Positions 60,417-64,000 of a stretch of DNA of 64,000 bases are shown piece by piece. The notes under the pieces are model-generated. The model was not told where the DNA came from. It did no database searches and saw nothing but the letters and a program-made list of their open reading frames with translations. The position numbers were made by a program, and so were the translations under genes. Every line of letters starts with the position of its first letter. The stretch's first letter is position 1. The DNA comes from Microthyrium microscopicum (lineage: Eukaryota): NCBI GenBank assembly GCA_010405405.1, contig MU004238.1:259530-323529 (forward strand), given 5' to 3'.

Positions 60417-60926
60417 GATGTCTATTTCTAGGAAGTAGAAGATACACTAGAGTATGATAGAAGCGCTAGGGCAGTGTGATTCATGGTATATTGCTGTAAA
60501 TCCCAAGATGTCGGAAAGAATGGCGTGCGCTTTTGGTGGAGGATTGAAATGCATGTGTCTTAAGCTTGGCCTGTGGAGCTCTCCCTGTCATTTCTGGGAG
60601 ACTGGGATCCCCTTGCGCTAAACCCTAAGCAGGCAACCTCTACATCGACCAGTGCATGTTTACAGCTGCGAGACCATCTTGGCTTCAACACATACACTCT
60701 CTCGACTCTTCTATCTTATATCACGTTGCCTGCTCATCGCAACTCATTTCGTATATCTGTGCCTAATCGCACATTTTCAGTCTCAGCTTCCTCTCTATAT
60801 ACTCCCGCCTCCCGCATCCGCCGTGTCATCCATACGATCGCTATCCGATTCCATTCCGCCTTCGTGTAACATCTCCAAAGCACCGCAGTCTATCCCTTGC
60901 ATCCGGCAAACGCCCACACCGGAACC

Positions 60927-62840
60927 ATGGCCACCAGCAACATGCATAATCTGACTACTCTGATAAAGCGGTAAGCTGTGCTCTCCCATCAAACTTGGAC
61001 CTGTTGTCTACCGCAGCATGGCTCAGGCAATCATCTTGGACGAGGCTGCATCTAGGCGCCATTCTACCATTCAAGTCAATCACAATCTCGCTCCATCGCT
61101 AACTACGTTGCTTCTTAGGCTCGAAGCTGCCACATCACGTCTCGAGGACATCGCTACTACTGTTGACGCTCCTGAACATGGTACACCCATAGCAAATGGA
61201 GCTCCAGAGGCGTCTAGCATTGCTCGTTCGCTACCAGCTCATCAATACTCCAACGACACCCCAAGATCCTCCACTGTTACGGCCATACCCCCTCCTACAC
61301 CCGTCAAAGAAGAGTTGCCCACGATAGTGGAAGATTTTGACAAACTGCTGGACAATGAGCTCGCAACTTTCATCACAAAGAGTGGAAGTTTGAATCCAGT
61401 ACTGGGGGAACAGGTACGTAGGCTCTGATACTCATAGGGATATTTCATCTGACTGCTCTAGGCCAAAGAATTTCGCGGAGCATTTGAAGCCCAACGACAA
61501 TTTCTGCTTGTTACAACAAAAGCAAAGAAGCCAGACCAGATGTCCATTGACTATATGGATCTTTTGAAAGATACACAAATGAAGATGATGGCTGTAGACG
61601 AAGTGCGGCAAAAGAATCGGGACACTGGAGACCTCAAAGAACATCTCTCCATGGTCGCTGATGGTGTTGCTGCACTTAGTTGGATTACTATGGAGAGCAA
61701 ACCGGCTGATATGGCTGCGGAACTGTTTGGTGGCGCTCAGATGTATGGCAATAAGATATTGAAACGTTATAAAGACAAGTAAGTGTTTGTCTGACTGTTT
61801 GTGTCAACTGGAAGCTTACAATCGACAGGGATCAAAAACAAGTCGAATGGGTCCAGTCATTCTACATCCTGATGCGCGCCCTCATTTCCTACGTCAAGCA
61901 AGACCATCCTCGCGGGATCCAATGGAATCCACAAGGAGTCGCTGCCTCCGAAGCCATGCGACAAGTAGCCAGCTCATCGCCCACTACCGCAACGCCGCCT
62001 GCGCCTACACCCAAAACTGGTGGTGGTCCTCCTCCACCACCTCCACCGCCGCCGCCAAGCGCACTCATGCCGAATGCACCTGGACCTGCGAAAGCTGGAG
62101 ATGCGTCCATGGGAGCTGTTTTCCAGCAATTGAACCAGGGCGAAACCATCACGAGCGGCCTTAAGAAAGTTGACCCGTCGCAACAAACCCACAAGAACCC
62201 CAATCTCCGCGCTGCCGCACCCGTCCCCGCTCGAAGCAACAGTAACGGCTCATCTAAGAGTATTCCGCCGCATACCAAGCCAAAGCCCCAGAGCATGCGG
62301 ACTAAGAAACCGCCGCGCAAGGAACTGGATGGCAATAAATGGATCGTGGTAAGTCCCTTCTTCCCTACAAAGCACGCGGTATCTAATTGCGCATTGTAGG
62401 AAAACTTCGACAACGCCAGCACACCCGTCGAAATCGCAGCAGAAATGAACCACTCAATCCTAATTTCAGGTTGCAAGTCAACAACAATCCGCATCACCGG
62501 CAAAGGCAACGCCATCACCATTGACAACTCCTCCAAAACGTCACTGATCATCGATTCGCTTGTTTCGTCCGTCGATGTGATTAAGTGTCCCAGCTTCGCC
62601 CTCCAGGTCATAGACACACTCCCTACCATCTTGCTTGACCAGGTCGATGGTGCCACAATCTACCTTAGCAAGAACAGTCTTGCGACTGAAGTCTTTACCA
62701 GTAAATGCTCTAACATCAACGTGTATCTACCGCCTGTCAAGGAGGAGGATGACTTTGCGGAGTGTAATGTGCCTGAGCAGTTCAGGAGCTTTGTCAAGGA
62801 TGGGAAGTTGGTCACTGAGATTGTTGAGCACAAAGGCTAG
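60927..62840 (+). CDS. SRV2: Adenylyl cyclase-associated protein
   Basis: LTTLIKR|LEAATSRLED, polyproline tract, ITSGLKKVD, THKNPNLR, C-terminal CARP repeats ending VTEIVEHKG. Confidence 0.95.
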
Positions 62841-64000
62841 AAAAGGGCGAATATGTGGGGGTTGTTCTGTTTACTAGCGCGGTGACTGGAGGATTTGGCG
62901 CGTGTGTAAAGCTAGGCGAGTTTGTTTTTCATCTGTTGTATTCTACCATATCAGTTTGTTGATTGTATTGTGCGCTGGCCAAAAGGTGTTTAGAACATCG
63001 TATGGTGTAGTCGGTATGAAAATGGTGTTCAGCTGAATATGCCATGTTCATTTTGCTCAATTCCTTACTATATCTCTTCGTGTATTCTGACATGATATTC
63101 GCATCAGGTGGGTTGACTTGGCTGACCAGCTACCAAAGTATAATGCCCACCGTATAATCGCCATGGAGAGCTTCGAGCGGCTGGAGACGCCGAATCGAAC
63201 TCGCCCGATACTTGAAAGTTATTATCACCCATGATAATGTCATCGAACGTCTCGTGTACTACGACAGCTTCCAAGTGGTAAGATGGGAATCCGAGGTTAG
63301 GTTGCAGTCAACCAGCCAAATCTGCTAGTTTAAACTCCATTCGATATCTTCAAGTTCCCCTCTCGTGAGCTTGTGATAGGGCGGGTACGGTACGCAATTG
63401 TGCACTACCAAATTTCCCGTATATAAGCATCCAGTGGCTAACTAGCTTAGCTTGGTGTGCCATATGATATGTCCTGGAGCTGTATGTACTGATCTCATTA
63501 GGCTGAGTTTTGAATTAGAGCGACCAATTACATGAACCAATGGTGTTGGCGGATAGGCGACTCAGATAATAGCTTCTGCTCTCATTTTGGCAGGAATCTG
63601 AGTGATGTCTACTGCTTGATTGTGAGATGAAAGTAAATTTTCCATACCGAACTGTATGACTATGTCTTCTTCTTCCAGGTGTGAGTGCATAACCCCCGGT
63701 TTTTGGTAACAGCCAAGTTCAGCTCATATCCATATTTAAGACCAGGTTCCCGTAAGTCTTACTATGTCTCTTTGTTTTCCCTGGTTGTTGAAGAGTCGAT
63801 GCGAGATGGATGTCCATGAGAGGATGGGCACGGGGAACAATACCATGCAAACATACTTAAAGTAATGTTGTCAATGAATTACAGCAAATCTTGTCTTGCC
63901 CTCTGCAGAGTCGCTACATTTGCTACAGTTCAGATGAGGACCACTATGAGCAAGATTATCGGCTATCGTGAACTGATAGCGATAAGGCTGAGCGAGCAGT

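Overview
Intron-containing DNA from a filamentous ascomycete (Pezizomycotina-like). About 22 conventional genes are recognisable, including a carboxylesterase, FAD monooxygenase, C2H2 transcription factor, LYS12, GT4 glycosyltransferase, ADP/ATP carrier, VPS21, SCS3, SLX9, TFB6, CDF zinc transporter, MFS sugar porter, NPR2, a pseudokinase, MRPL3, MAK32-like kinase and CAP/SRV2. The standout feature is two apparently 'intergenic' tracts (11.4-20.3 kb and 45.5-49.2 kb) that are dense tandem arrays of tiny, intronless genes without signal peptides. I translated 21 intact copies (50-89 aa) and 5 pseudogenes. They share the scaffold M-C-x9-C-x-H-x7-9-C-x4-12-C-x13-17-C-x2-C, are hypervariable between these residues, and most carry their own TATA box about 80-130 nt upstream of the ATG. 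Many copies are under 60 aa and missing from the supplied ORF track. I do not recognise a named family. The best interpretation is a rapidly diversifying repertoire of intracellular Cys/His metal-binding microproteins, possibly one ancestral array split by an inversion. A RIP-like, AT-rich Tc1/mariner-type MITE sits next to the second array. All calls come from manual reading; exon boundaries are approximate and no database search was run.
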